DNA of 64,000 bases, taken from positions 1,344,001 through 1,408,000 of the forward strand of contig CBDAOI010000004.1 of the NCBI GenBank assembly GCA_965198005.1, given 5' to 3'. Source of the stretch: Spirochaetia bacterium. Its GTDB lineage: Bacteria > Spirochaetota > Spirochaetia > SZUA-6 > Bin103. Positions 39,816-50,659 of this stretch are shown here, one piece after another. The notes beneath the pieces are model-generated. The model did no database searches. It was not told where the DNA came from and worked only from the letters and a program-made list of their open reading frames with translations. Positions within the stretch are counted from its first letter, which is position 1, and the number at the start of each line of letters is the position of its first letter. A program made the position numbers and the translations under genes.

Positions 39816-40060
39816 TCAGGCGGTCAGCGGTCGCGGAGCCCGGTGCTGTGGATCAAACTGCGTGCGGTCACGCAGCATCGCGCACGCCACCGCGAGCAAC
39901 CGGTCCGCGACCGTACGCAGCGCCCGGCCATGGCGCTGCCCGCGCGCGCGCAGCGCCGCATACCGCTCCCGACTCACCGGATCGTGCTGGATCGCCACCC
40001 GCGCCCAGTGATACATCGCGTTGCTCAGCCGCTGGTTGCAGGCACGGCGCATGCTCACCT
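39816..40060 (-). pseudogene. IS110-family transposase C-terminal fragment
   Basis: MRRACNQRL..YHWARVAIQHD..YAALRARG..ALRTVADRLL. Confidence 0.8.
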
Positions 40061-40797
40061 GGCAACTCTTCCCCGACCACCTGTTCACGTTGCAACAAGC
40101 GCGGCTGACCTATGCGCACTACCAGCAACTCATCGACACGTGTGATCAGGAGATCGAAACCGTGATCCGCGCGTTGGACACGGCCCCGGAGGCACCCCCC
40201 GACGCTCCCTCCGCCGGCGCCGACCGTACCGGCGAGGCAACCGTCGAAGGCGAGGCGCCCACCTCCCCGAGCACCCCTGAACCTGAACCGTTCGTCCTGC
40301 GCCTCCACCTCATGCGACTGTTCGGTACCGATCTGATGCTCATTCCCGGCATCGGCGAGAGCACTGCCTTCACCTTGTTCGCCGAAGTCGGAGCCGATCT
40401 GTGACGCTTTCCCGATGCTGGGCACTTTGCATCCTGGTTGAATCTCTGCCCCGACAACAAGATCACCGGCGGCAAGATCATCAGTTCGAAGACCGGACCC
40501 GGCTCCAATCGCGCCGCTCAGGCGCTGCGCATGGCAACCCAGGCGCTGTATCGGAGCCACTCCTCGCTCGGAGATCACTTTCGCCGCAAGCGTGCCCGCC
40601 TCGGCACTCCGGAGGCAATCACCGCCACCGCCCACAAGTTAGCCCGCATCATCTACCACCTCGTCACGCACCATGTGCCCTACGATGACAGCCTGCTCGA
40701 CGCCCATCAGCGCCAGGACCGGAAACGCCTTGAACGCCGCCTTCGCAACCAAGCCCGAACTCTTGGCTTCGATCTCGTTCTGGAGGCCGCCGCCTGA
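40060..40797 (+). pseudogene. IS110-family transposase, 5' truncated with internal stop
   Basis: IPGIG..AEVGADL*RFPDAGHFASWLNLCP..ITGG..AITATAHKLARIIYH. Confidence 0.85.
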
Positions 40798-40965
40798 CTA
40801 GGTGTTTCTCAGAAGCTCTCCCACCGGAGCGTGGTGCGATTTACCGCGGCCGCGCCCGCATCGTCCTGGTCGCTGCCAGCCTCCCGACCCTCATTCCACC
40901 GGTTCCACGGCGAGCTCGGCGCGCGGCTCGGGTGGCAACCATTAGCCGTCCCCGGGTAGGATGGG

Positions 40966-42534
40966 GTGGTGGTGAAGCGCAGACTGCCGCTCGGCATACA
41001 GACCTTCCGCGAAATTCGCGAGGACAACTGCTACTACGTGGACAAGACCGCCTACCTCGACCGGCTGCTCGACGAGGGCAAGCACTGGTTCCTGTCGCGG
41101 CCGCGGCGGTTCGGCAAGAGCCTGTTCGTGGACACCCTGAAGGAGTTCTTCGAGGGCAACGAGGAGCTTTTTCGCGATCTGTACATTCACGACCGGCGGG
41201 ACTGCTCGCAGCGCCACCCGGTGGTGCGGTTGAGCTTCGCCGGCGGCAACTTCGCGCAGCCGGGTTACCTGCCCAAGAACGTGATCGCCCAACTGGGCGG
41301 CATCGAGCGCCAACTCTCCGTCAGCGGGCGCTACGACACCGCTGCGGACCGCTTTCGGGATCTGCTGGAGACCCTGCACCACGAGACCGGACAGCGGGTG
41401 GCGGTGCTGGTCGACGAGTACGACAAGCCGATCCTGGACGCGCTGCAGCAGCCGGAGCTAGCGGTCGCCAACCGTGACGAGCTGAGCGGCGTGTACGGGG
41501 TGATCAAGGACGCCGACGCCCACGTGTGCTTTACCTTCTTCACCGGGGTGAGCAAGTTCTCGAAGGTCAACCTGTTCTCGGGGCTGAACAACCTCACCGA
41601 CCTCACCCTCGATCCGTCCTACGCGGCGATCTGCGGCTACACCGACGAGGATCTGGATACGGTGTTCGCCGCAGAACTCCCCGGCCTGGACCGCGAGCAG
41701 ATCCGCGACTGGTACAACGGCTACAACTGGCGCGGCAGTGAGCGAGTATACAACCCCTACGACGTGCTGCGGCTGTTCCGCAGCCGCGAGTTCGATGCCC
41801 ACTGGTTCGAGACCGGTTCGCCGGCGTTCCTGGTGAAGATGCTGTTCGAACGCCGCGTCACCTCGGTGTCACTGGGGGACACGGTGAGCACCGCGGAGCT
41901 GCTGTCGGCGTTCGACGTCGGCGGCCGCCACGCCGCTGAGCACATCGGCACCGAGGCACTGCTGTTCCAGACCGGCTACCTGACCATCGATACCGAGGAG
42001 CGGCGGGCCGGCAGGATGCTGTATCGCCTCGGCTACCCCAACCGGGAGGTGCGCCAGAGCCTGAACGACCACCTGCTGCGCCACTTGGTGCAGGACACCA
42101 GCCGCCAGACCGCCAACAGCATCCGCCTCTACGACCTGCTGGAGGCGAATGATTTCGACGGCATGCAGGCGCTGTTCCAGGCATTCTTCGCCAGCATCCC
42201 GTACCAGTGGTACACGAACAATGACATCGCCGAGTACGAGGGCTACTACGCGAGCGTTTTTTTCTCGTACTTCGCGGCCCTGGGTTATGAGATTACCGTG
42301 GAGGACTCCAGCAGCCACGGGCGGCTGGACATGGCGGTGCGGGCTGGCGGGCAGGTGTACCTGTTCGAGTTCAAGGTGGTGGAGATGGAACCGGAGGGCG
42401 GTGCGCTGGCGCAGCTTCAGAGCCGGGACTACGCGGCCAAGTACCGCCACCTGGGTGAGCCCATCCACCTGGTCGGGGTGGAGTTCAGCCGCGCTACCCG
42501 CAACGTGACCGCGTTCGCGGTGGCGCCGGGCTGA
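40966..42534 (+). CDS. AAA-ATPase-like protein with C-terminal PD-(D/E)XK nuclease domain
   Basis: LPLGIQTF, SRPRRFGKS, LVDEYDKP, YEGYYAS, GRLDM..FEFK. Confidence 0.92.
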   Translation: MVVKRRLPLGIQTFREIREDNCYYVDKTAYLDRLLDEGKHWFLSRPRRFGKSLFVDTLKEFFEGNEELFRDLYIHDRRDCSQRHPVVRLSFAGGNFAQPGYLPKNVIAQLGGIERQLSVSGRYDTAADRFRDLLETLHHETGQRVAVLVDEYDKPILDALQQPELAVANRDELSGVYGVIKDADAHVCFTFFTGVSKFSKVNLFSGLNNLTDLTLDPSYAAICGYTDEDLDTVFAAELPGLDREQIRDWYNGYNWRGSERVYNPYDVLRLFRSREFDAHWFETGSPAFLVKMLFERRVTSVSLGDTVSTAELLSAFDVGGRHAAEHIGTEALLFQTGYLTIDTEERRAGRMLYRLGYPNREVRQSLNDHLLRHLVQDTSRQTANSIRLYDLLEANDFDGMQALFQAFFASIPYQWYTNNDIAEYEGYYASVFFSYFAALGYEITVEDSSSHGRLDMAVRAGGQVYLFEFKVVEMEPEGGALAQLQSRDYAAKYRHLGEPIHLVGVEFSRATRNVTAFAVAPG

Positions 42535-42631
42535 CGAGCAGCCGGTGGCCTGGTCCGAAAAAGGGGACCAGCGGTCGATGCTTGAGCATCGATTTTGTTG
42601 GTCTTCCGTGTCACGGAGTGACCGTGCCGAC

Positions 42632-43915
42632 TCATAGCACATCGTAGAACAGGCCTTCGTACAGGAACGCAGGTCGGATCGCTTCACAGTCGCGCTCGCT
42701 CACTCCGGCGCGCCGCATCTCGGAACGCCATCCTGCGCGCACCGTGCTCGCGATACCGTCGAACACCGCCGCCGCCGCCGTACGATCGAGCAGAAAACGC
42801 CCGTGAGCGCTCAGCAGGTTCGTCTTGTTGGCATAACGCCCGAAACGGCCGCAGGTCATCGCGAGGTCGCGCCGCTCCAGCGCCACCACGGGCGAAGGCG
42901 TCAGGTCGTAGGCGGGGCTCAGCCGCCACTGTCGTCCCTTGGCGAGGAGCGCGTGATTGCGCGGGTGATCGTCCAGGTTGGACACCGCCGCGTTGAAGCA
43001 GATCCGACCGAACAGCTCGCGCAGATCGTCTTCCGGTCGCGCGCTCGCGCGGCGAACCTCATCGGCGAGCAGCAGATAGGACCAGTCGCCGCGGTCTGCA
43101 AGTCCGTCGCCGGTGCGCAGCAGCGTCAGGGCGCTGACCATCCGGTGGCGGCGATAGCCGGCCCCGCTTCGACCGTCATCGGCCCGGTCGCGGTCGAACC
43201 GCCGCACCAGCAACACGTCGCGTCCCCCCACGGTCTCGATCCGGCTGTCGGCGGCGGCGTTCAGGCCGCATGCCCGGGCCAGCGCCAGCATGCCGTGTTC
43301 GACCCGGGAATCGTTCCAGCGGTCGTCGCTGCGCCCGAACTTGGCGATCCGGAGATCGCCCTCGTGCTCGACTACCGCCTTCGGACGCGCCCCGCCCATT
43401 GACGTGCCGAGCAGCAACAGCTCCTCGGCCTGCGCCCCGGCGGACCCCGCGTACTCCCGGTCGTCATCGAGGATGGCATCGGCCGCCCGCTGCAGTGCCG
43501 CAAGATTCAGCGTCCGGTTGAACCGGTGCCGCGCGGCGGGGGGCTCGACGGAAGAGCCGAAGCCCAACGCTCCGGCGCGGTCGTCCGGCCCCTGCATCAG
43601 GTAGTCGAACTCGCTGAGCTCCGTCACGCCGCAGTTGCGCTCGATCACCCGCCGTCCCCAGAAGTCGGGCATCGAGTCCCGGATCGCGCCGAAGAACCCC
43701 TGCATGCGCCCCGTTTCGTAGACCTGGGCGGACAGACGCAGCTCGACCGGATCGAGCTCGACCGCATCGGCCCGCTCCCGGTAGGAGCGGCCATACACGA
43801 ACCGGCCGACCGCTGCGGCCCCGTCGTCGATCCAGCGGAAACGGCCGGCCGTCACGAATTCGGTCCAGCCCGGTGGCACGATGTAGACGAAGCACTCCCG
43901 TTCAGAAGTCATCAC
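42632..43915 (-). CDS. HipA-family kinase toxin
   Basis: GTSMGGARPK, RRFDR, NLDDHPRNH, LSPAYDL. Confidence 0.92.
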   Translation of the reverse strand: MMTSERECFVYIVPPGWTEFVTAGRFRWIDDGAAAVGRFVYGRSYRERADAVELDPVELRLSAQVYETGRMQGFFGAIRDSMPDFWGRRVIERNCGVTELSEFDYLMQGPDDRAGALGFGSSVEPPAARHRFNRTLNLAALQRAADAILDDDREYAGSAGAQAEELLLLGTSMGGARPKAVVEHEGDLRIAKFGRSDDRWNDSRVEHGMLALARACGLNAAADSRIETVGGRDVLLVRRFDRDRADDGRSGAGYRRHRMVSALTLLRTGDGLADRGDWSYLLLADEVRRASARPEDDLRELFGRICFNAAVSNLDDHPRNHALLAKGRQWRLSPAYDLTPSPVVALERRDLAMTCGRFGRYANKTNLLSAHGRFLLDRTAAAAVFDGIASTVRAGWRSEMRRAGVSERDCEAIRPAFLYEGLFYDVL

Positions 43916-44243
43916 TCAGCGACCGGCGGCTTCGTGCCCGCCTCGGGCTGCGGGCGCGTTCCAGCGCCTTGCCCTCCTCGTCACGGTCCGGCTCGGCCAC
44001 CTCGGACAGGTCGCCGAGCAGGCCCAGCACCCACAGTGCGCCCACGTAAGCCGCCACGCCGGTGGTCGGCTTGCCTCGTTCCACGTCGGCTACCACGAAC
44101 CGGGATACGCCGATGCGCTCGGCGAGTGCGGTTTGCGGGAGGCGGCGGCGCAACCGCGCCGTGCGGATGTTCCGCCCCAGGCGTTGCAGCGCGTCCTCGA
44201 CCGCGGCCGGGGGAGAGCCGGCTATTCTCGTCAGCCTCGTCAT
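43902..44243 (-). CDS. XRE-HTH antitoxin of HipA
   Basis: LGRNIRTARLRR..LAERIGVSR..VERGKP. Confidence 0.88.
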   Translation of the reverse strand: MTRLTRIAGSPPAAVEDALQRLGRNIRTARLRRRLPQTALAERIGVSRFVVADVERGKPTTGVAAYVGALWVLGLLGDLSEVAEPDRDEEGKALERARSPRRARSRRSLSDDF

Positions 44244-44437
44244 ATCTATGTCCAGCTACATATACCTGTTTAATGTTATATCAAATAAACTACTCGTGCA
44301 TCTCGTCAATCGCCGCGGCCTGACCGATTCGTGAGACACGGCTTTCGCGTCGAGGTCACGACCACGCCGTCGCTCTGGGTTGCGGCGGCCTGGTGAGGCG
44401 ATGATGAGCCGGTCGCCGCTGTAGTACAATAGCGGGG

Positions 44438-44780
44438 ATGGGCAAGGCAGCCGCAACGTACCGTGTGGATCACGTGCTCGACTCGTTCCTCCGCCGCATC
44501 GCCGCAGTTCGTGGTGATGTGATCGGTTTGTATCTGTACGGGTCGCGCGCGCGGGACTCATCAGCCCGATTCCGACTATGACGTGTTCGTCGTCCTGCGT
44601 GGGCGCTCTCAAATCACCGTCGATGCGCTCTACGACGCCGTGGTTGATGTAATATGTGAAACCGGCTCGCTCATTTCACTGAAGATCGTCTCCGGAGAGA
44701 ACCTCGAGAGGTTGGTTGCCGCGGGCAATCCGCTCGTCGCCAACGTTCTGCACGATGGAGTGGAGCTTGCACTCCACTAA
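44438..44780 (+). pseudogene. Minimal nucleotidyltransferase (MNT), frameshifted
   Basis: LYLYGSRAR then HQPDSDYDVFVV in a different frame; the shift lies in a (GC)n run near 44545. Confidence 0.75.
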
Positions 44781-45168
44781 CAAGCAACTCATTGAGGCCT
44801 ACATGGATAAGGCGCGGCAGAAGCTGGGAGTCGCCCGGCGCTTGCGCGACTCCGGGGATCACGAGGATGCGGTCTCGCGCGCTTACTATGCTGCGTTCCA
44901 CGCGGTCAAAGCGCTGTTGGCCAGCGCCGGCGAACAGCCGCGCACCCATCACGGGGCCGTGACTCTGTTCAATCTCCTGTTCGTGAAGACCGAGAAGCTG
45001 AGCAAGCGGACGGGGCGGTTCTTCGCCAACTTGAAGGACGATCGCGAGAGCGCGGATGACGAATTGTTCTCGTACGCCGATGCGGATACGGCACGTCTCG
45101 CCGTCGAGGAGGCGCAGAGTATCATCACCGAAGCAGCGAGCTACCTGGAGGGGTTGGCCGGGGAGTAG
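44767..45168 (+). CDS. HEPN-domain protein with altered motif (RESADD rather than RxxADY)
   Basis: AVSRAYYAAFH, RTHHG; coupled to the MNT gene. Confidence 0.8.
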   Translation: MHSTNKQLIEAYMDKARQKLGVARRLRDSGDHEDAVSRAYYAAFHAVKALLASAGEQPRTHHGAVTLFNLLFVKTEKLSKRTGRFFANLKDDRESADDELFSYADADTARLAVEEAQSIITEAASYLEGLAGE

Positions 45169-45248
45169 ACTGAGAGCTCCTACCGCGGCCTCCCCCTGGG
45201 GGCGTTTACGGTCATCATGCCGGCGATGAGGCGGGCGGCAAGTCGACC

Positions 45249-45809
45249 GTGCGTGACAGCCTGCGGCGGGTGGCCCCGGTGGTGCGTGACCGGCGGCGCT
45301 ACCGCACCGTGCTGCTGTTTCTGGCCGCCTACTTCTTCTACATTGATGGGGTTGGCACGATCATCAAGCTGGCCACGGCGTACGGCACCGACCTGGGGCT
45401 GTCGGCCGACACGTTGCTGGTGGTGCTGCTGGTTGTGCAGGTGGTCGCGTTTCCCTGCGCGCTGCTGTACGGCCACTTGGCGCGGACCCGCGCCGCGTCG
45501 ATCTCGATGCTGGTAGCCAGCTCCCAGGGCGGGATCCAGGCGCTCTCCCGCTCCTACTCCGGACAACTGATCCCGGCCACCGCGTCCGCGGAGTTCTTCG
45601 GGTTCTACAACATGTTCGGGAAGTTCGCGGCGATCCTGGGGCCGCTGCTGGTAGGGGTGTTCGCGCAACTCACCGGCGACACCAGCACCGGCGTGCTCAG
45701 TATCGCGCTGCTGTTCGCGGTCGGCGGCGTGCTCCTGCTGCGCGTACCGCCTCATCCGACCGGCGTGACGCCCGCGGGAGACGCCGCTACAGTGGCGCCG
45801 GCCGGCTGA
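45249..45809 (+). pseudogene. MFS transporter (UMF1/ATG22-like) C-terminal relic with internal deletion
   Basis: FLAAYFFYIDGVGTII..QGGIQALSRS..EFFGFYNMFGKFAAILGP. Confidence 0.75.
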
Positions 45810-45817
45810 GGAGTCGA

Positions 45818-46630
45818 ATGGACCAACGCCTGGAGATCAACCGTCGCAACTGGGATGAACGGGTTCCCGTGCACGCCGCCTCCACCTTCTACAACGTGGA
45901 GAGCTTCAAGGCGGGGCGGATCACCATCAACCGGATCGAATGTGAGGAGGTCGGCCCGGTCGCGGGCAAATCCCTGCTGCACCTGCAGTGCCACTTCGGT
46001 ATGGACACGATGTCGTGGGCACGGCTCGGCGCACGCGCCACCGGGGTCGACTTTTCCGGTGCCGCGATCGACCTGGCGCACGGGTTGAACGAGGAGTTGG
46101 GACTGAATGCCCGCTTCATCCGCTCCGACGTCTACGATCTGCCGCAGGTGCTCGAGGAGCGGTTCGACGTGGTGACCACCTCCCTGGGGGTGCTCGTGTG
46201 GTTGCCCGACCTGGTGGCGTGGGCCAGGGTGGTTGCCACCTTCGTCAAGCCGGGCGGCATTTTCTACCTCCTCGACCAGCACCCCCTGTCCCACGTATTT
46301 GATGAGGAGAGCCGGGGCGGCGAGGCTCGGGAACTGCGCATCCGCAACTCCTACTTTCGGGATCCGGCAGGAGAGTTGTTCTCCGGGGATGCACCGAGTT
46401 ACGCGGGCACCAAGCAGATCAGGTCGTCCAACTATCAATGGCAACACAGCGTCGCGGACATCCTGAACGCGCTCACGGATGCCGGACTGCGCCTCCACTT
46501 CTTTCACGAATTTCCGTTCAGTTTCTTTCAACAGTATCCCGGTATGGTGCGCGACGCTGACGGGTGGTGGCGCCTCCCGCAACACAAAGACTCGATCCCG
46601 CTGATCTTCTCGCTGCGCGCCACCCGATAG
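45818..46630 (+). CDS. Class I SAM-dependent methyltransferase
   Basis: LLHLQCHFGMDT, GVDFS, WLPDL, KPGGIFY. Confidence 0.9.
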   Translation: MDQRLEINRRNWDERVPVHAASTFYNVESFKAGRITINRIECEEVGPVAGKSLLHLQCHFGMDTMSWARLGARATGVDFSGAAIDLAHGLNEELGLNARFIRSDVYDLPQVLEERFDVVTTSLGVLVWLPDLVAWARVVATFVKPGGIFYLLDQHPLSHVFDEESRGGEARELRIRNSYFRDPAGELFSGDAPSYAGTKQIRSSNYQWQHSVADILNALTDAGLRLHFFHEFPFSFFQQYPGMVRDADGWWRLPQHKDSIPLIFSLRATR

Positions 46631-46672
46631 CGGTGGTCAAGGACCGACCATTGAGATGTGGCTGCTGCGGGC

Positions 46673-47671
46673 CTACCAGGCGTAGGCGGCAGGTGCTTCG
46701 CCGCCGGGGCCCGGCCAGATCTCGTCCAGGCGGGCGAGGGTGGCCTCGTCCAGCGTCAGCTCGGTGGCCCGCACGGCGCTCTCCAACTGCTCCATGGTGC
46801 GCGGGCCGATGATCGGAGCGGTGACGGCCGGATTGTGCAGCAGCCAGGCGAGCGCCACCTCCGCCGGCGCGACGCCGAGCTCGGCGCAGTAGTCCTCGTA
46901 CTGCTGGAGGCGCTCGGGGTACCTGGTGGCGGCGCGCTGTGCGTACGCGCTATAGCGGCGGCGGCCCTCCGGTTGGCCGAGCACGCCGGCCAGGGCGCCG
47001 CCCTCGACGGGGCTGTAGGGCAGCAGCCCCAGCCCGTAGTGGCGGCAGGCGGGGATCACCTCCAACTCCGGTTCGCGGGTCGCCAAGTTGTAGCGGCTCT
47101 GCTCGCTGACCAAGCCCAGGCGGTTGCGCCGGGCCGCCTCCTGGCAGGCGGTAGCGATGTGCCAGCCGCCAAAGTTGGACGACCCGATGTAGGTCACCTT
47201 GCCCTGCTGCACCAGCGTGTCGAACGCCTGCCACGCCTCGTCCCACGGGCACGCCGGATCGATGTGGTGCATCTGGTACAGGTCGATGGTGTCGGTTTGC
47301 AGACGGCGCAACGACCCTTCCACCTGCCGCCGGATCTTCACCGCGCCGATGCCGCGACTCTGCCGGTTCGGCTCGGGTCGCATCCCCTCGCGCAGAAAGG
47401 CGGAGTACACCTTGGTCGCCAGCACCACCGCGTCACGCCGGCCGCCGCCCTGGGCCATCCAGCGGCCGAGCAGCTCCTCGACCAGGCCGTAGCCGTGCTC
47501 GTAGCCGTACACGTCGGCGGTGTCGATCAGGTTGATCCCCAACTCCAGTGCCCGGTCCAGGATCGCAAAGCTCTCCTGCTCGCTGGCGTTGGTGCCGAAG
47601 TTGACCGTGCCCAGCGCCAGGTTGCTGACCAGCGTCCCATGCCGGCCCAGCCGGCGGTATTCGATTCCCAT
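46673..47671 (-). CDS. Aldo/keto reductase
   Basis: LGTVNFG, DTADVYG, DLYQMHH, SEQSRYNL. Confidence 0.92.
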   Translation of the reverse strand: MGIEYRRLGRHGTLVSNLALGTVNFGTNASEQESFAILDRALELGINLIDTADVYGYEHGYGLVEELLGRWMAQGGGRRDAVVLATKVYSAFLREGMRPEPNRQSRGIGAVKIRRQVEGSLRRLQTDTIDLYQMHHIDPACPWDEAWQAFDTLVQQGKVTYIGSSNFGGWHIATACQEAARRNRLGLVSEQSRYNLATREPELEVIPACRHYGLGLLPYSPVEGGALAGVLGQPEGRRRYSAYAQRAATRYPERLQQYEDYCAELGVAPAEVALAWLLHNPAVTAPIIGPRTMEQLESAVRATELTLDEATLARLDEIWPGPGGEAPAAYAW

Positions 47672-47746
47672 CTCGCCCGCCAGTATAGCTCAACCGACGG
47701 CCGAGTGCCGCCGACCAAGCAGAAAACTGCCCAGCGCCAATTCAAC

Positions 47747-48650
47747 TCAACGTTCGCCGCCTCTGAGCCGCGGGTCGAGCAGGTCCCGCACGGCGTCGCC
47801 GAACATGTTCAGACTGTAGATGGTAACGGTCAGGCACAGACCCGGCCAGATAGCCAGCCACGGCGCCGCCTCCATGTACAGCCGCCCTTCCCGGCTGAGC
47901 ATACCTCCCCAGTCAGGAATGCTCAGGCGGCTGAGCAGGTCTCTCCCCGCCTGGTCGGTACCCAGCAGATACTGGGACGATGCGCCCTGCAGCCGGTCTA
48001 TCAGGTGTATTTCGTTATATGGATAAGGGGATACCCGACCGCCAAAGAGAGCCACCAGGATCAATAGCAATATGACAATTCCGCTGGCCGTTGCCAGGCC
48101 GATAACGGCGACGGTGCGCCCGGCGTAGTCGGTGGCCGTATCCTGGCGGATCGCCGAGTAGATACCGACTGGCAGGGCTATGACGAGCCCGATTACGATC
48201 GCCATGACGCCAAGCTCAATGGTTACCGGCAATCTACCGAGTATCCTCTCCTCTATCGACCAACCACCAGTCAGTGATTCACCAAAGGTGCCCTGGAGGA
48301 GACCCATGAAGTGGGGCCCGGCACCCAGCTCGGTTACGCCGATGACCGAGCCGGAGCCCAGGGCACCCAACGGGCCTGAGACACCCTCCGGCCCGGTCAG
48401 GCCGCCGTCGAACAGGGGTACGCCCGCGGCCCTGCGGCCGCCGGTCTCCACGTAGGCCAGGCCGGGGTCGAGGCGGTCGAAGGGAACTCTCTCCAGCGTC
48501 GGCTCAAGGCCGCCGCCGGCGGCCCTGTCGGCCAGCCACCGCGCCGAGGCGCCGTCTACCTCTGTGCCGCTCCGATGCCAGCGCGCCCTGGAGGTCGTAC
48601 TCCTCGATGACCCACGCAATGCGCCTCTCCTGTTCACTCTGTGCGATCAT
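47747..48650 (-). pseudogene. Four-part chimera: unknown N-terminus + dppB middle + dppC start + dppC end
   Basis: ..GAGPH|FMGLLQG..IGLAT|ASGIVI..RDLLSRL|SIPDWGG..; native start (ATG 48650) is frameshifted. Confidence 0.85.
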
Positions 48651-48838
48651 CTTCGTGGTTGACCTGCGGCAGTACCATATTCGAACGCCCGAGATTCCAT
48701 GCAGGCGTTCACCCGCGCAGGCATGATCGTCCGGCGCCTCCAGCTTCAAGTCCAAGGAGGGCAAGCCGCATCCGGCGATGGGTCCAGCGCCGGCGCGCCG
48801 TTGTGATACGGCGGGGGATTGGGTAAGGTCGCGCCACT

Positions 48839-50659
48839 GTGGATCAGCCGGCACGGTCACCCGGTAAGACGGAAGACCTTGAACAGCGACGCGCGGCCAC
48901 CGGGGCAGCTTCTTCGGGTCACGTGACCGCCGCGATCACGCGCATCGTCCGCGCGGCGGTGCACCAGGTAGCCGCCGCCAACGCGCAGCCGGGTACGACC
49001 AGCCCCGATCCGGCCGCCGGCGCCGCCCTGGAGATCGCGCTCACCACGCCGCCCGACCCGGCGCTCGGCGACTACGCGGTGCCGTGCTTCCGCCTCGCGC
49101 AACAGGTCGCCCAGAAGCCGGTGGCGCTGGCGGCTCAACTCCTGCATCTGCTTCAGCAAACCGATCTGGCCGCCCTCGGCATCGCCCGGGTGGAAACCCG
49201 CGGCCCCTACCTCAACTTCCACCTGCGCAAGGGCGACCTCGCGGCGCGGGTCATCAGCGCCGTGCTGGAGCAGGGCGAGCACTACGGCACCACCGGGTCG
49301 GGGTTGGGCCAACAGGCGCTGATGGAGCACACCAGCATCAATCCCAACGCCTCCCCCCACCTGGGGCGCGCGCGCAACGCCTGGATCGGCGACACCCTGG
49401 TACGGCTGCTCCGATTCGAGGGCTACGGCCTGCAGGTCCGCTTCTTCGTCAACGACGTCGGCCGCCAGATCGCGCTGCTCACCCTGGGCGTGGGGGATGC
49501 CACCCCCAGTTTTGCCGAGCTGCTGGAAATCTACGTGGGGATGAACCGCCGGCTCGAACGGGAACCGGAGTTGACCGACCAGGTGGACAAGCTGCTCGAG
49601 CGCCTGGAGAGCGGCGATCAGGCCACGCGCGCCGCGTTTCGGCGCGTAGTGGAGATCTCGGTGCGCGGCATGGAACAGATCTTCGCCGACGCCGGCGTGC
49701 ACTACGACCGCTTCGATTACGAATCGGACTACCTCACGCCCGCCCGCTACCTCGAGATCGTGGAGCGGCTGCGCGCCACCGGCAAGCTGTTCGAGGATGA
49801 GCACGGCCGCCTGGTACTCGACCTGGACGGGTTCGACCTCCCGTCACGCAACCCCGTGCTGGTGATCACGCGCGGCAACAAGACCTCGCTCTACGTGCTG
49901 CGCGATATCGCCTACACCCTGGACAAGGTGGCCGCGGCCGCCGATCTCAACCTGGTGGTGCTGGGCGAGGATCAGAAGCTGTACCACCGCCAGCTCCAGG
50001 CGGCGCTCTCCCTGCTGGGGTCCGCCGCCCCGACCGCCGTCCACTACAGCTACGTGATCCTGGGCAAGGAGTCGATGTCCACCCGCCAGGGCAACGTCGT
50101 GCTGCTCGAGGAGTTCACGGCCGAGGCCAAGCGCAAGGCCGCGGCCGAGCTGGCCGCCCGCGGCCACCCTGCCGACCCGGCGGTGGCGGCGACGGTGGCA
50201 TACAGCGCGCTGAAGTACTCCTTCCTGCGCGTGGCCAACGACAAGCAGGTGGTGTTCGACTGGGCCAGCGCGATGTCGTTCGAGGGGGAGAGCGGTCCCT
50301 ACCTGCTGTACAGCCACGCACGCATCTGCTCGATCCTGCGCAAGTACGGCGGCGCCCTTCCGGCTGCGGCCGACACCGCGTTCGCGGCGCTGGAGATGGT
50401 CGAGGAGCTGGAGTTGGTCAAGCTGCTTGAGACGCTCCCGGAGCAGGTAACGCGCGCCCTGCGGGTGCGCAGTCCGCACGTCATCGCCGGCTACACCTTC
50501 GCAGTGGCCCGCCAGTTCTCGACCTTCTACCACGCGTGCCCGATCCTGCAAGCGCCGCCGCCGTTGCGTGAGGCGCGCCTGCTGCTGGCGGCCGCCACCC
50601 GTCAGGTGCTGGCCAACTGCCTCAGGCTGATCGGGATCGACCCCCTGGAGCGGATGTAG
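48839..50659 (+). CDS. argS: Arginyl-tRNA synthetase (start may be GTG about 48923)
   Basis: GDYAVPCF, EHTSINPN..HLGR (HIGH), MSTRQG (KMSKS), FEGESGPYL.Y, LERM end. Confidence 0.93.
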   Translation: MDQPARSPGKTEDLEQRRAATGAASSGHVTAAITRIVRAAVHQVAAANAQPGTTSPDPAAGAALEIALTTPPDPALGDYAVPCFRLAQQVAQKPVALAAQLLHLLQQTDLAALGIARVETRGPYLNFHLRKGDLAARVISAVLEQGEHYGTTGSGLGQQALMEHTSINPNASPHLGRARNAWIGDTLVRLLRFEGYGLQVRFFVNDVGRQIALLTLGVGDATPSFAELLEIYVGMNRRLEREPELTDQVDKLLERLESGDQATRAAFRRVVEISVRGMEQIFADAGVHYDRFDYESDYLTPARYLEIVERLRATGKLFEDEHGRLVLDLDGFDLPSRNPVLVITRGNKTSLYVLRDIAYTLDKVAAAADLNLVVLGEDQKLYHRQLQAALSLLGSAAPTAVHYSYVILGKESMSTRQGNVVLLEEFTAEAKRKAAAELAARGHPADPAVAATVAYSALKYSFLRVANDKQVVFDWASAMSFEGESGPYLLYSHARICSILRKYGGALPAAADTAFAALEMVEELELVKLLETLPEQVTRALRVRSPHVIAGYTFAVARQFSTFYHACPILQAPPPLREARLLLAAATRQVLANCLRLIGIDPLERM

